Shown here piece after piece: positions 1 to 11,183 of a stretch of DNA of 64,000 bases. The stretch's first letter is position 1; every line of letters begins with the position of its first letter. Source of the stretch: a phage. Made by a program: the position numbers and the translations under genes. The stretch is from the NCBI GenBank assembly GCA_036253495.1, contig GCA_036253495.1_4125.1, one strand, 5' to 3'. The notes under the pieces are model-generated. The model saw only the letters and a program-made list of their open reading frames with translations, did no database searches and had not been told where the DNA came from.

Positions 1-3000
1 TAATGCATAATAACGTCGATTTCTTGGAATCGTCTGTTAGGTGTGATAAAGTCACTTGGTAGTGAACCAATCTTTTCCCAACGTTGGGTTACGTCATTAA
101 ATTGTGCATATTCTAAATCCCAAATGTCTTTTTCAGTCTTAACCCACACACCATCAACTAAAATATAGCCATCTGGGTCAAGGTCATTACTGATACCATT
201 AATCAAATCATCATCAGAAGTTTTCTGTTCTATTTGAGAACGGATTTTGGTTCTGTATGGTTTAACTTCTTCGAAGTACTCAACAATTTGATTAATCAAG
301 TTGTCATTTGAGTAGTTTTGTACGAGAGATTGTTCTAAACCTACAATATAGATATATGAGGTTTTGAATACCCAGTCAACAACACTTTGTTCAGTGTGTA
401 CGTACTTAACCATATCAAAAACAATATTACTTTGATATAAGTTGAATGTATTTTTCAACAACGCTAACGCATTACGAACGTTAACCTCATGAGAATTCAA
501 AGAACCATCATCATTGTAAACATTGTACCCAGAATATAACATTGAATTCAATTCAACTGTACTATTCTCACGTCCAATAGCTTTCCAGTATATATTATTA
601 CGAGATGCAGTCTTGATGTATAATGTCCAAACACCATCACTATCAGTTACACGGATAATATCACCAATTTGGTAATTTTTAGTGTTTGCGTCATCTAAAC
701 TAACTTCTTGTGTATATTCAGTGTTGCTATCGTATCCAGTATCGTACCAATCAGCCAGATTCCAGTACTGGGTCATATCCAAAGATGTACCAAGTGATTC
801 TATGAAGTCAGCTTGTTTAATCATCTTGTGTTGACCTTCACCTCTATTTTCTAGAGTGATTGTAACAGTACTACCAACTGTACTTGGACTGTTCATCAAT
901 TGAATGTATCCATTTGGATCAATGTGAACAAAATATACTGAACTAGAAGATAATGGTGATGGCAGAGTTCCGATGGAACTTACAAATACTGCATCATTCT
1001 CTTTAAAGCGGTTATCTTCTGGTGCAATTACCAATTCATTGTTAAATGATAGAACACGGAATGTAATATCATTTGGGTTCATTTTTAATGTTTTCACATT
1101 AAACACATCATTCATAACAACACTGTTAGTTGTGATGTTCTGTGAACGGTAAAAGTTATTTGCACTCTCAACAAACGCACGACGAGCTTCAATGACATTC
1201 TGGAACCAAGTTTTATTAGAACCTAAACCAGTTTCAACTTTAGGATAAATTATTTCATTTACAACACCAGTTGAAGTAGTTTCTTGACCAATTAGTGAGT
1301 TCCATAGTGAATTCCAAATATCTGGGTTAAAGTCATAACTATCACCTTCTTTACAGAGTTGATATTGATCATGCTTCAGTACTTCGATATTGTCATTTCT
1401 ATATGAAATTGTCAAAATGCTTGTATCATCATTAACTTCAAATTGCATATTACTTAGAATGAAACTATTTTCATTAATAGGTGCAAACCAAGGAACATTC
1501 AATTGTGTTGGATCTTGAATAATACGTGCAATATCAGTACAAGACTTACTACGAGTAGTCATTGGTGGAACATAAATGGTATTACGAACCCAGAAATAAT
1601 AACGAACTACATATGTATCAGTGATTGGATCATATTCCATAGATGAACTGTAGTTCTCATCCATTGCAATCCCACTTGGGAGATACATAGTATTGTTTTT
1701 ATTTTTATTGGCTTGTTCTGCACAATATTTTTCCCAGTTGTATGGTTCTACTGGTGAACTAACCCATTCTAGAACATCAATAACACTGTGTGGTAATAAT
1801 TTACCCCAATTATAACGCTTATATTCATTAGTTGCTTTTACATCAACGTTACCATCCTCATCAAAGATTGGACGGGTATAATCCAGATAGAATGCAGTGC
1901 TAGTGTTCCACCACACTTTACCTACCTTTTCAGCACCCCATGCTTGTAATAGTTCACCGTTACTGCTATACTGTGCTGGGTCCACTGGAGAGATGAAATC
2001 AACATCTTGCATTGCAACCCCAGGAATAACACCGTTAATTGGGTCAAACACATTCAAATACAATGCAGTAATGTTTGTTCTTTCATCATACGTAGTAGGA
2101 CGGTCAAACAAAGTGCTTTCAGGTGCACTGTAACTATATTTTTTAGCAATATATTCATCGCGTTCTTGTTGAGTACTAAATCTACTAACATAACGATACA
2201 AACGTGGTGCTGATTCTACTGTTGAAAAGTCAATAGTAATGGAAGTGTCAAATGGCACTACCATAACTTTTGGATCTAGTCCAGAAGTGTAGTATTGGCA
2301 TTCATCACGTAGGGCATCAGGCATAAAGTTTGTTTCATCAACAAAATAATAATAATCACCATCATTGAGTGGGATATCATCAGACAATAGTACTTTACAA
2401 TATTGCTCAGCATATGGATCTTCACTTTCAATTGGTGTAATAGAAACCATTGTAATACCAGTATCTACTAAATCATACACATTCCATTCGTTATTGATAT
2501 CTTGGAACATCCAAACAGATGTTGGGATTTTACCAGAATTATTCATATAACTAATGCGGTCTTGATTTGCAGTTTCGTAATTTAATGTGGTATAATCAAT
2601 TTCATCTAGGGTTACTGGTCCAATATTAGGTAATTGGATATTCTCACTTCTCCCATTACGCATAGGGAATGAGAATTTACCTTTTGGACGACTAATCCAG
2701 CGTGAATCTTCACCAATTTCACCATAATATACAATTTCATTCTCAGATTCAACCTTATCGGAATAACGGTCAAACGTAATCATTTGTGGTTGTTGTTTAA
2801 ACTCATTATTAATTAGTTTAAATTGAAGATTTTTAACACCATCAATGTTACCATAAGAACCAACACGGAATGCCCATTCTTGTAATGCTTTATACTCATC
2901 AGTATTATATGATTTAGATACACGTAATACTTTTTCTAGTACTTGGTTAGTGCCTTTATCATGAATAAAACCTTTATAGAAATCAATTCGACCAGGCTCA

Positions 3001-6000
3001 TTAGTGATCATACGTTGTAAGTAATCACGAGACTGATAGCCAATTAAGTGGTTTGAAAGTTCATTTAATTGAACATCACTAACTGGGGTTTCATTATCAT
3101 AATAATGTTGGAAATTAGACACCAAAGTTTCAAATGATGGTAATGTCCCAGCTTCTAGGATGATAAATCCAGGAGCTTGTAAACGTCCAGACCATGAACC
3201 AGTGATATATCCATACAATTTAATCAATTCTTGAACTGCACCATAGGTTGGTTCATAGATATAATCACCGAAAATAGTCTGATCATCAAAAATAACAGCA
3301 TGTTCATAAGAACTGATACTTAAACGAATAAGTGCCATGCGTTTATTTGATTCTTCAGTAGTTCTTACCGTGAATATGTTACCAATACGAGATGTTTCAA
3401 TCTCAAATTGACGTATACCTTGGTTTGAATCATCTAATAATGACCAAACACCACCACTATTTTGTGCAATTGACTGAACTGAACCAAAATCTGTACCAAA
3501 TTTAGCATTAATTGCTGATGGGGTACAAGAAATGAATTCACCAGTACTCAATTGTTGTTGACTCCAGATTAAAAAGTCTTTTGCAATTGTATTCCAGTCC
3601 TGTTGGATACCAGATTCATCAACTTCTTCAAAAATCCAACCATGTTGCTTTAGATACTCACCATAACCACAAATAAATGTGTAAACTTCCTGGAAGGTAT
3701 TCATCAAAGTTCCGTAAGGAATGGATGCATCATTTTTCCACTCATTATAATGAACAACATTACGATTATCAACTTTCAAAGATACTTTATGACCGTTTTT
3801 AACAGGCAATTTATAATTGAATGTTGCAGAGACTAAATCATAACCATCAATTTGGTAAGCACTACCAGTCCAAGTAATTTTAATTGCACTCATTTGCTCA
3901 TTTCTAATATTATTAGAACGAACTAAACCGATAGATTGGTTTTCTTGTGAAATTAGACCAGTTGCTTCTGATGTAAATGTTAATTGATCAGCTTTAGTGA
4001 ATCCACCTAGTTTATGACCCACATTAATATGAGAAGAACGAACAATTTCACCGTACTTAGTTGTAATATTTTTGTTTTGATACATCAAATAATCACTAAC
4101 AATCATTTGATAACCAATAACGCGAGTACTATTCTCACCATGTACGATTGTATCACTATTAAAGTTCAAACGTAAACGAGTATCACCATATAAAAACTGT
4201 GGTTCATTACCAGATACAGTTTTTAATGTATTATTTCGGGTATCCCAGAAATAGTTTGTGAACTGTGCAGGTTTAGCTTTGAATAACATCAATAATTCAT
4301 CATATGCAAACATTGCTGTGTTCATATAAGTGAATTCCATATCACCCATATCACCATAAGTCCACGGTTCAGCACGATGATTTAGACTACCATATACAAG
4401 ACCTAAAACTTCAGGAGCAATGTACTCAATGACGCAAATATCAACACCAGATGCTGTCTGCTTGCCTGTTTCAGTGATCTTAAATGGTTGTGTACCAAAA
4501 CGTTTGTACTTGTCATATTGACCTTTACGTGCACCAAACAAGATAGTACCCGTTGAGCTATCACCTTTCTCGTTACCAACGTCCCATAACCCACTAGGAA
4601 CCATGTTACCTTGTTCGTTGATAACTAATGCCTCATATACATAAACAACATCACCATCACGTTCGCCAACTTGAACTGCGGTAGGTTCATATTCCTGGTT
4701 CCACCAAACTGGACGTTGGGAGAAACCAAACATTTCCCACGGATGGGTTGCTGGGCGATATGTACCAAATTGGTCAGTGTAGATTGCTCGCCATGATCCA
4801 CGTGCTTCTATTTGTGTTTGTTGACCATTAACCATATAATGTGTTCCAGTATAGTTCCAAGTCATCCAGTTATTTGGATCATAATCATGTGAACTGTTAC
4901 TGATACCATTGGTTGCGATGAAATTAATATAACCACGTAGTAGTAAGTTCTTTTTCTCTTCGTCATTATACTCTGTATCTCTGAAATACGGAGTTGGGAA
5001 AAGATCAGAAGCATCTAGCTTAGGTTGGTAATCTTCATCTTTGAAAATAACATCAATACTATTGAAAATTCTATTTTCTAACTCATATATAACGTCATCC
5101 ATTTTATCAACACCGTTTATTACACGGTATGCTTTAGTGATTGCACCTGTATGACTGATGTTATAACAGCTTTGCTTACTACCAGCATTCAAAAATGTTG
5201 CTTTTTCTGGAACGTGTGCTTTCAAAATACCCAAAAACTGTGGAGTTGGTGGTACAAACGCACGAATGAAGCCAGAAGTACTTGCTACGTTATCATAATA
5301 GAATGGGAAAGTATTATCATGACCCATATTAATAATTGTTAGAATTTCATCAACAATATTAGAAGCATTATTAGCTAAGAAGTTTGCTGGGTTCTCATTG
5401 TACAAACGGATCATTTGTGTATTGAACTTGTTTACGAAACGGAAATATTCGGATTGCATAAACAATACAGATTCAAATAGGTCAATATCTTCATTTGCAG
5501 AATGTGCCATTAACGGTAGCATTGATGCTTCGTTTTGAATAATCTTAGTACCAACGGAGTTATCCACTAAACCTTTAGACAAACGATCTTCGTAGTCGTT
5601 GAAATCATCAACGGAACCACTGGTGATATTCTTTTGAATGATATCTTTAAAATGTAATGTAAAATTACTTTGGTTGATATAAAGAATATTATCGTTGTAT
5701 GGGTTATTTTGTAAATTGATTGGGATTTCATATGCACCCAACTCTTTATTTGGTACTTCAGTACTGCTGTATGTTCTAATTTGAATCACTGATTCATCTT
5801 TAAGAGCTACATCTTCACCTAAAGTGATGCTTTGAACCTTGTTATTATATACATGACGTGTATAATCGGTTACATCAACTCCATCAACTTGAATTTCAAT
5901 GATTTCGGTACTCTTACCATCAATAATTTTCTGGGCTAATTCAAATGTGCGATTGAAACGTTCACTTTGAATACCTTCACCACTAATTACATGCCAATCC

Positions 6001-7538
6001 ATATAGGTTTGACGTTCTTCTTTGTAATATTGATAGGTACGATCCACTTCAGTAACATATGCATACATACCTTCTAATGGATTTTTAAAGTTTTCCATTT
6101 CGAATACAGTATTGAATACACGATACATATCAGTGTGTTCTATTTGTGGCGTTTGTTTAACGAATTGCTTTGAATCTTCCTTAGAACGAACCCAATCGGT
6201 CTTAAGGTGTAGTTCATTATCTTTACCAACTACATTATAGTAGTACAATCCAGAAATTTCAGTTTCAACACCCAAATGATCATATGTATAACGAACACTT
6301 TGTAGGAAGTTTTCGTACATATAGTAATTATAATTACCTAGTTCGATATTATAACCATATACTTTATCAGTGCCGTAATTATAGTTGATTTTAAAACCAA
6401 ATAGGGATGAACCATCAAAATTACTTGATGGATAAATTGTAGAATCATTTAATTTAAAACCATCACGGTCATATAATTGGAATTGTGGGAATACGTTTAC
6501 ACCAGATTTTGTTTGTGCTCTAATCCAGTTAACACCATTCCAGTACATGGATGTATTTTTATATACATTACCATCACGCACCAAAATAACATCACCATTA
6601 TGTGGCTCACCACTTGGGCGGTCATCAGTTTCTTCATCTGGGTCCAATGCTAGACCATATGTGCGAGAACCATCTTGCATTTTCTTAATAAAAACTTTAT
6701 AAATGCGGTTGTTTTCACCAACGTTACCTATACTAGTGAAAAGAATACGCATACCATCTTGTGGAATAATCCCGTCAATACGAATACCATCATTTACGTC
6801 TTTTTGGACGATATCTTCTGGTTTAATTGTATCAGAGAAAAGATCCACAACACCACGGAAATGTGTCCCGTAGTTAATTAATTCGATATTTTTATTGTAC
6901 TCGATGATTGGTGCTTGTGCACGAATAAAACGAGTATCTTGTGTCATGTCAGCAGTTAGTACTGTTCCATCTTCTAGTGTTTGACCAATAGTATACCAAA
7001 AGTTCTGTAGGGACCATGTGTTTCCGTTATCAGCACCACGTTCCATAACAATAAAGTCAGGAGTTGTGATACCATAACTATTTTTACTATCCCACAAATA
7101 GGAACTGTAGTTGGTCATTTTGTTTGGGTTAATTGGTGGTGTCCAAGAATAGAACTTACCAGAAAATAGACGGCTCTCGTTTGAAGTTAACGTGCCGTAG
7201 TGTTCCATGTAGCCAACCAAATCATCATAAAATTGAAGCGAACGAATGCTTGTGTCATCATTACGAGACACATATGCTGTTGATAATTGATATAGCTGAC
7301 GTTCAACGGTTGCTTCGTCAAGGAAAATCTTAGCAGATGCAGCAGGAGAACCCATATCACCAATATATCCATCAACGATTTCATTATCCGCTGGATTGAA
7401 CCATTGTTGAATTACATCATCACTAACCTTTTGAATGTCTTCTAAGCCTTGCATCCATTCAGGTAATCTTTTAATGAAAAGCTTCTGTTGTACTGCTTCT
7501 GCCGTTTTAGTTGGTAGAAACTTAAAATTATTAGTCAT
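1..7538 (-). CDS. giant virion/tail-associated protein, partial (>2,500 codons; C-terminus lies beyond window start)
   Basis: Minus-strand frame starts at ATG 7536-7538 (GGAG about 9 nt upstream); no long minus ORF with a stop is listed in the track for 1-7538 and the first 120 nt checked by hand carry no in-frame stop, so the frame runs off the window; plus-strand ORFs here are short shadow ORFs; follows baseplate genes on the same strand. Confidence 0.6.
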   Translation of the reverse strand, partial: MTNNFKFLPTKTAEAVQQKLFIKRLPEWMQGLEDIQKVSDDVIQQWFNPADNEIVDGYIGDMGSPAASAKIFLDEATVERQLYQLSTAYVSRNDDTSIRSLQFYDDLVGYMEHYGTLTSNESRLFSGKFYSWTPPINPNKMTNYSSYLWDSKNSYGITTPDFIVMERGADNGNTWSLQNFWYTIGQTLEDGTVLTADMTQDTRFIRAQAPIIEYNKNIELINYGTHFRGVVDLFSDTIKPEDIVQKDVNDGIRIDGIIPQDGMRILFTSIGNVGENNRIYKVFIKKMQDGSRTYGLALDPDEETDDRPSGEPHNGDVILVRDGNVYKNTSMYWNGVNWIRAQTKSGVNVFPQFQLYDRDGFKLNDSTIYPSSNFDGSSLFGFKINYNYGTDKVYGYNIELGNYNYYMYENFLQSVRYTYDHLGVETEISGLYYYNVVGKDNELHLKTDWVRSKEDSKQFVKQTPQIEHTDMYRVFNTVFEMENFKNPLEGMYAYVTEVDRTYQYYKEERQTYMDWHVISGEGIQSERFNRTFELAQKIIDGKSTEIIEIQVDGVDVTDYTRHVYNNKVQSITLGEDVALKDESVIQIRTYSSTEVPNKELGAYEIPINLQNNPYNDNILYINQSNFTLHFKDIIQKNITSGSVDDFNDYEDRLSKGLVDNSVGTKIIQNEASMLPLMAHSANEDIDLFESVLFMQSEYFRFVNKFNTQMIRLYNENPANFLANNASNIVDEILTIINMGHDNTFPFYYDNVASTSGFIRAFVPPTPQFLGILKAHVPEKATFLNAGSKQSCYNISHTGAITKAYRVINGVDKMDDVIYELENRIFNSIDVIFKDEDYQPKLDASDLFPTPYFRDTEYNDEEKKNLLLRGYINFIATNGISNSSHDYDPNNWMTWNYTGTHYMVNGQQTQIEARGSWRAIYTDQFGTYRPATHPWEMFGFSQRPVWWNQEYEPTAVQVGERDGDVVYVYEALVINEQGNMVPSGLWDVGNEKGDSSTGTILFGARKGQYDKYKRFGTQPFKITETGKQTASGVDICVIEYIAPEVLGLVYGSLNHRAEPWTYGDMGDMEFTYMNTAMFAYDELLMLFKAKPAQFTNYFWDTRNNTLKTVSGNEPQFLYGDTRLRLNFNSDTIVHGENSTRVIGYQMIVSDYLMYQNKNITTKYGEIVRSSHINVGHKLGGFTKADQLTFTSEATGLISQENQSIGLVRSNNIRNEQMSAIKITWTGSAYQIDGYDLVSATFNYKLPVKNGHKVSLKVDNRNVVHYNEWKNDASIPYGTLMNTFQEVYTFICGYGEYLKQHGWIFEEVDESGIQQDWNTIAKDFLIWSQQQLSTGEFISCTPSAINAKFGTDFGSVQSIAQNSGGVWSLLDDSNQGIRQFEIETSRIGNIFTVRTTEESNKRMALIRLSISSYEHAVIFDDQTIFGDYIYEPTYGAVQELIKLYGYITGSWSGRLQAPGFIILEAGTLPSFETLVSNFQHYYDNETPVSDVQLNELSNHLIGYQSRDYLQRMITNEPGRIDFYKGFIHDKGTNQVLEKVLRVSKSYNTDEYKALQEWAFRVGSYGNIDGVKNLQFKLINNEFKQQPQMITFDRYSDKVESENEIVYYGEIGEDSRWISRPKGKFSFPMRNGRSENIQLPNIGPVTLDEIDYTTLNYETANQDRISYMNNSGKIPTSVWMFQDINNEWNVYDLVDTGITMVSITPIESEDPYAEQYCKVLLSDDIPLNDGDYYYFVDETNFMPDALRDECQYYTSGLDPKVMVVPFDTSITIDFSTVESAPRLYRYVSRFSTQQERDEYIAKKYSYSAPESTLFDRPTTYDERTNITALYLNVFDPINGVIPGVAMQDVDFISPVDPAQYSSNGELLQAWGAEKVGKVWWNTSTAFYLDYTRPIFDEDGNVDVKATNEYKRYNWGKLLPHSVIDVLEWVSSPVEPYNWEKYCAEQANKNKNNTMYLPSGIAMDENYSSSMEYDPITDTYVVRYYFWVRNTIYVPPMTTRSKSCTDIARIIQDPTQLNVPWFAPINENSFILSNMQFEVNDDTSILTISYRNDNIEVLKHDQYQLCKEGDSYDFNPDIWNSLWNSLIGQETTSTGVVNEIIYPKVETGLGSNKTWFQNVIEARRAFVESANNFYRSQNITTNSVVMNDVFNVKTLKMNPNDITFRVLSFNNELVIAPEDNRFKENDAVFVSSIGTLPSPLSSSSVYFVHIDPNGYIQLMNSPSTVGSTVTITLENRGEGQHKMIKQADFIESLGTSLDMTQYWNLADWYDTGYDSNTEYTQEVSLDDANTKNYQIGDIIRVTDSDGVWTLYIKTASRNNIYWKAIGRENSTVELNSMLYSGYNVYNDDGSLNSHEVNVRNALALLKNTFNLYQSNIVFDMVKYVHTEQSVVDWVFKTSYIYIVGLEQSLVQNYSNDNLINQIVEYFEEVKPYRTKIRSQIEQKTSDDDLINGISNDLDPDGYILVDGVWVKTEKDIWDLEYAQFNDVTQRWEKIGSLPSDFITPNRRFQEIDVIMH

Positions 7539-7574
7539 GTATAGGACTCCATAAATTCGTTCATTCATTTGATT

Positions 7575-7582
7575 TATTTATG
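7575..7582 (-). promoter_or_regulatory. late-promoter-like motif CATAAATA upstream of giant ORF
   Basis: Plus-strand tatttatg = minus CATAAATA, about 36 nt upstream of ATG at 7538; resembles T4 late promoter TATAAATA. Confidence 0.4.
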
Positions 7583-7583
7583 C

Positions 7584-7610
7584 TATAAAAAAGGCGACCC
7601 GAAGGCCGCC
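7584..7610 (-). terminator. rho-independent terminator after baseplate-J-like gene
   Basis: Minus-strand hairpin GGCGGCC-TTCG-GGTCGCC followed by T-run (plus-strand A-run 7585-7590). Confidence 0.55.
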
Positions 7611-7619
7611 ACGATTTTA

Positions 7620-10600
7620 TTAAAAACCAATATTAATATTACTTTTAGCTAGAGAGTTAACGATTTGTACGTTATCAACGGTAGCAGTACTAATGAATAT
7701 TTGGTCAGGTCTAGAAGGTATCTCAAACAATGAACCAAACTTAGAATTAGGGTTTTGAGCTACAATTACAACAGTACTAATGTGTCTACCAAGTTGGGTA
7801 TGAAGGTACGTACACAAATCAGTATAATAGAAACTTTCACCAAAATCCCAGTTCTCAACTGCAAAGTACTGGTTAGTTAATGAAACAATATTTTGACGAA
7901 TTTCATCATCACTCATTGTACTATTAGGTAATTTCACTACTTTGAAATCAGCTTTATAATCCGGTGCTGCACTATTACCAAATAAAGGCAAATATTCAGC
8001 ACTGTGCCATATCAAACTATCACTAATTACAGTTTTCTTCTCAACATCCTTGAAGATATCTTGTAATTCAACCGATGTTGGTGGTTTAGGCATATCACCT
8101 TTAGCACCATTCTTCAACCAAATATCAACTTCTGTCTTATATGAGTTTGTTAAAACATACATATCAATTAAGTTGGTTCTGCTTGGGTCGATTCGATTAT
8201 CATCTGGTGCATAATGCTTCCAGTGGAAGTTAATAGACGTTCTAGCATTAGTTTTTATAGTAAGTTCAGATGTAATATCCTTATAACCATAATAATTAAG
8301 CTTTTTATTAGCGTCAACACTTGTACCCATGTTTTTAATACAACGATAGAAAGCAGTTTCTGGAGTAGCCGCACTTGGGTCTGTAACTTCAGTCATGTTC
8401 TGAATTAGAACACCCAAACGGTCATTGTTATTACCAACTGTTTGTTCGATGAAGTAATATTGCCCTTCGTATTGGAATGCAATAATAAAACCAGTACCTT
8501 TACTATATAGTTCACTTAGTGTAGTTGAGCGAATTTCATTATTACGAATGAATTCTTGTCTCTTGTACGCATTAGTTTCCGCTAATGCCTGATCCATTGT
8601 GTAATTCCATGTTGAATCCATGATAGTGAATGATGAATTTGGTAATGTCAATGAAGAAATAGTAAAATCTTCATTTTGTTGAAATACCAATATACCACCA
8701 TATTTTCTAGAATCTTCACCTGTCCAATCAGGAACAATAGATTGGAATTGGTTAGGATTTAATGGAATACCATTACTATCCATACTTTCTGATGTAATTA
8801 CAACTCTTGAACCATCCAAATAACCATTTTCTTGTTTTATTGTATCCAGAATCTGGAAATCAATGTTATTGGTTAGACCCACGTTACTAGTACTGGTAGA
8901 GTTTGATGAAAGAATCTCAATTTTATCACTTTGCACTGAACCAGAACTAATATCAGTGATTTTCTTAGAGCTTACAAAGTAAAAACGAACTTTTTCTCCA
9001 CCAACAAATACATACTCAACACCATTGGAATCAAATTCCCATGTTTCAGCAGTGTATTGGATGTTAACCATCACCTGTACTAACGAACCATTGTATGTTA
9101 TAGTATCACTAGTGGTTGTCATTTCCAAAGGAACCCATGTAGTGGATACAATATCATAAATTAGAATAAAGTTAGTTTTCTTATCTAACATTGCAGCAAT
9201 ATTTTGTACTTCAACTGTGTTGAAACGAGTTCTATATGGGCTAATGTACTCCTGAATCTGCATAGAGGAAGAAATAGGCGTACTTAGAACATAAAAACCG
9301 TTAGGTAACACGCTAACAATACTAGCCCATACGATATTATTTGAACTACTACCGAATTTAATTAATGTACCAACTTTATAATCACCATAAATTGTACCAG
9401 TTGCCCCAATAATACGACCATATGTATTAGTTGCATAGCTTGAACTATATGATGGAACCCAGTTTTGTTGTAATTCAACACGTACTGTATTCTGCGGATA
9501 TGCTTGATACTTCTGAATAACAGCATTTTCACCAATTAATGGTTGTATATCATCGATAACAATACTAGAATTAGATTTAGTACTTGGTAAATTAACAGAT
9601 TTATTGTATTTGGTGACATTTTTGTACATTGCACCATCATCACTAAACACATCAGTGTTTTGATACTTACCAGTTGGGTCATTTATGTCAATAAATCGTG
9701 ATTGTCCACTGTAAATTCGGTTAATCGCTTTAGATTTCAGTACTGCATTACCTTGACTCAACGGAGCAATGTTATAATCTTCACCATTCACAAAACGGTT
9801 TTGTGTATAATACATTTGTGGTGCACGAGCTTTAATTTGTTCAAGGGTTTCTGCACTTTGTGCACGGTCTGATTCAAATTGTAAACTAAATTTAATATCT
9901 AATGTACTATTCTCATAGTTAGATTGTGATTTAGTTCTGTAAATGTACTTAACACTTTTGTTTTGAATGTCAGCAGTTTTGATGTTGTATGTTTCGCCAT
10001 TACTAACACGATACCAAACGCGATATGTACCACGTGGAACAACACCACTACGTGAATCAGGGAACTTAATACTGATTTGGTCACGATCACGAGTAGTTAC
10101 CGCATAAATTGTTTTAAGTTGGCGTGTTACAGTGTTATATGCGATACTTTCCATCGATGGAACCTTAGTCCATTTAGTACGAACTATACCATCTTCAGTG
10201 ATTTCCTGTACCCATACGTCAGTTTCGTTAATATTGTCTACGTTTATATCCTGAATACGGTTTTCTTGTCTTACATCGTATTGGAAATCTTGATATTGTA
10301 ATGTTCCTTGAATAAAATAAACAAAGAATCCAGTATTAGGTGAACTAAAACCATTACCATCATTCTGATACACAATATATTTCTGTTCTTGTGGCTCAGG
10401 GTGTCTTTCATCAACACCAATAACGTTAATATCTGGGTTTACGACTTCAAATGTCATCGATTCACCATTTACTGTTGCGGTGAATGGTAAATTAGGTGCA
10501 GACATAGGTAAAGTGTTCATTCTATACAAATGACGAGACACACCATTAATATCTAAACGTTTTACTGGATTACCAAACTGGTTAGTACTGACAAATGCAC

Positions 10601-11084
10601 TATTCATCACCAGAATAAAGTTTTCATACCAGTTAGAGTCCATTGGGTCATTCCAACGGATAATTTTATCTTTAAGAGATTCGTTATAGCTGTTGCGAAC
10701 GTCTTGGTTAGTTTTAATTTCAGTTAGTTTTGCTGTTGCTCGCCCTGGATATGCACGACGAGGTGAATATGAGATCATTTTAGCTAATTTAAGTACAGAT
10801 GCACGACGACTAGCAGTATCTAGGAAGTTTTCACGCGTGTTTAAATCCATACGAAATGCTAAGTTTTGTCCAAGCATCGCAATGGTATCTAAAATGAAGA
10901 TAAACTGGTCATTCTCAATCCAGTCATTGAATGAATCAGGATATGTTTGACGCAAATAATCAATCATACTTTGACGTATAGTATCGAAGTCATAAGCCGT
11001 CAGATTTATTTTATAGAAACTTTCATATACCTGGGTCCAGTCTTCCCCCGCGTATAAATTAGATTGTCTTTTTTGTTGTGACAT
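7620..11084 (-). CDS. baseplate wedge protein, baseplate-J (T4 gp6)-like N-terminus with long C-terminal extension
   Basis: 1154-aa ORF; N-terminal region shows the baseplate-J pattern (YDFDTIRQSMIDYL...FLDTASRRASVLKLA); position next to gp25-like gene; AAGGA RBS. Confidence 0.5.
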   Translation of the reverse strand: MSQQKRQSNLYAGEDWTQVYESFYKINLTAYDFDTIRQSMIDYLRQTYPDSFNDWIENDQFIFILDTIAMLGQNLAFRMDLNTRENFLDTASRRASVLKLAKMISYSPRRAYPGRATAKLTEIKTNQDVRNSYNESLKDKIIRWNDPMDSNWYENFILVMNSAFVSTNQFGNPVKRLDINGVSRHLYRMNTLPMSAPNLPFTATVNGESMTFEVVNPDINVIGVDERHPEPQEQKYIVYQNDGNGFSSPNTGFFVYFIQGTLQYQDFQYDVRQENRIQDINVDNINETDVWVQEITEDGIVRTKWTKVPSMESIAYNTVTRQLKTIYAVTTRDRDQISIKFPDSRSGVVPRGTYRVWYRVSNGETYNIKTADIQNKSVKYIYRTKSQSNYENSTLDIKFSLQFESDRAQSAETLEQIKARAPQMYYTQNRFVNGEDYNIAPLSQGNAVLKSKAINRIYSGQSRFIDINDPTGKYQNTDVFSDDGAMYKNVTKYNKSVNLPSTKSNSSIVIDDIQPLIGENAVIQKYQAYPQNTVRVELQQNWVPSYSSSYATNTYGRIIGATGTIYGDYKVGTLIKFGSSSNNIVWASIVSVLPNGFYVLSTPISSSMQIQEYISPYRTRFNTVEVQNIAAMLDKKTNFILIYDIVSTTWVPLEMTTTSDTITYNGSLVQVMVNIQYTAETWEFDSNGVEYVFVGGEKVRFYFVSSKKITDISSGSVQSDKIEILSSNSTSTSNVGLTNNIDFQILDTIKQENGYLDGSRVVITSESMDSNGIPLNPNQFQSIVPDWTGEDSRKYGGILVFQQNEDFTISSLTLPNSSFTIMDSTWNYTMDQALAETNAYKRQEFIRNNEIRSTTLSELYSKGTGFIIAFQYEGQYYFIEQTVGNNNDRLGVLIQNMTEVTDPSAATPETAFYRCIKNMGTSVDANKKLNYYGYKDITSELTIKTNARTSINFHWKHYAPDDNRIDPSRTNLIDMYVLTNSYKTEVDIWLKNGAKGDMPKPPTSVELQDIFKDVEKKTVISDSLIWHSAEYLPLFGNSAAPDYKADFKVVKLPNSTMSDDEIRQNIVSLTNQYFAVENWDFGESFYYTDLCTYLHTQLGRHISTVVIVAQNPNSKFGSLFEIPSRPDQIFISTATVDNVQIVNSLAKSNINIGF

Positions 11085-11150
11085 TTATTAATCCTTTAAG
11101 CCAATAAAGTACTGGGTCAGTACTGAAATTTTATATAGAAATATTTATCC

Positions 11151-11176
11151 AAAAGAAAAGCACTCCGAAGAGTGCT
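11151..11176 (-). terminator. rho-independent terminator after gp25-like gene
   Basis: Hairpin AAGCACTC-TTCG-GAGTGCTT followed by T-rich tract on minus strand. Confidence 0.5.
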
Positions 11177-11183
11177 TAGTAAA

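Noticed and set aside
1897-7384. Short ORFs of 60-80 aa on both strands within 1-7500 (e.g. 1897..2133, 2007..2213, 4403..4594, 6675..6881, 7133..7333)
   Set aside because: All lie inside the giant minus-strand frame, lack RBSs and have odd composition; shadow ORFs.
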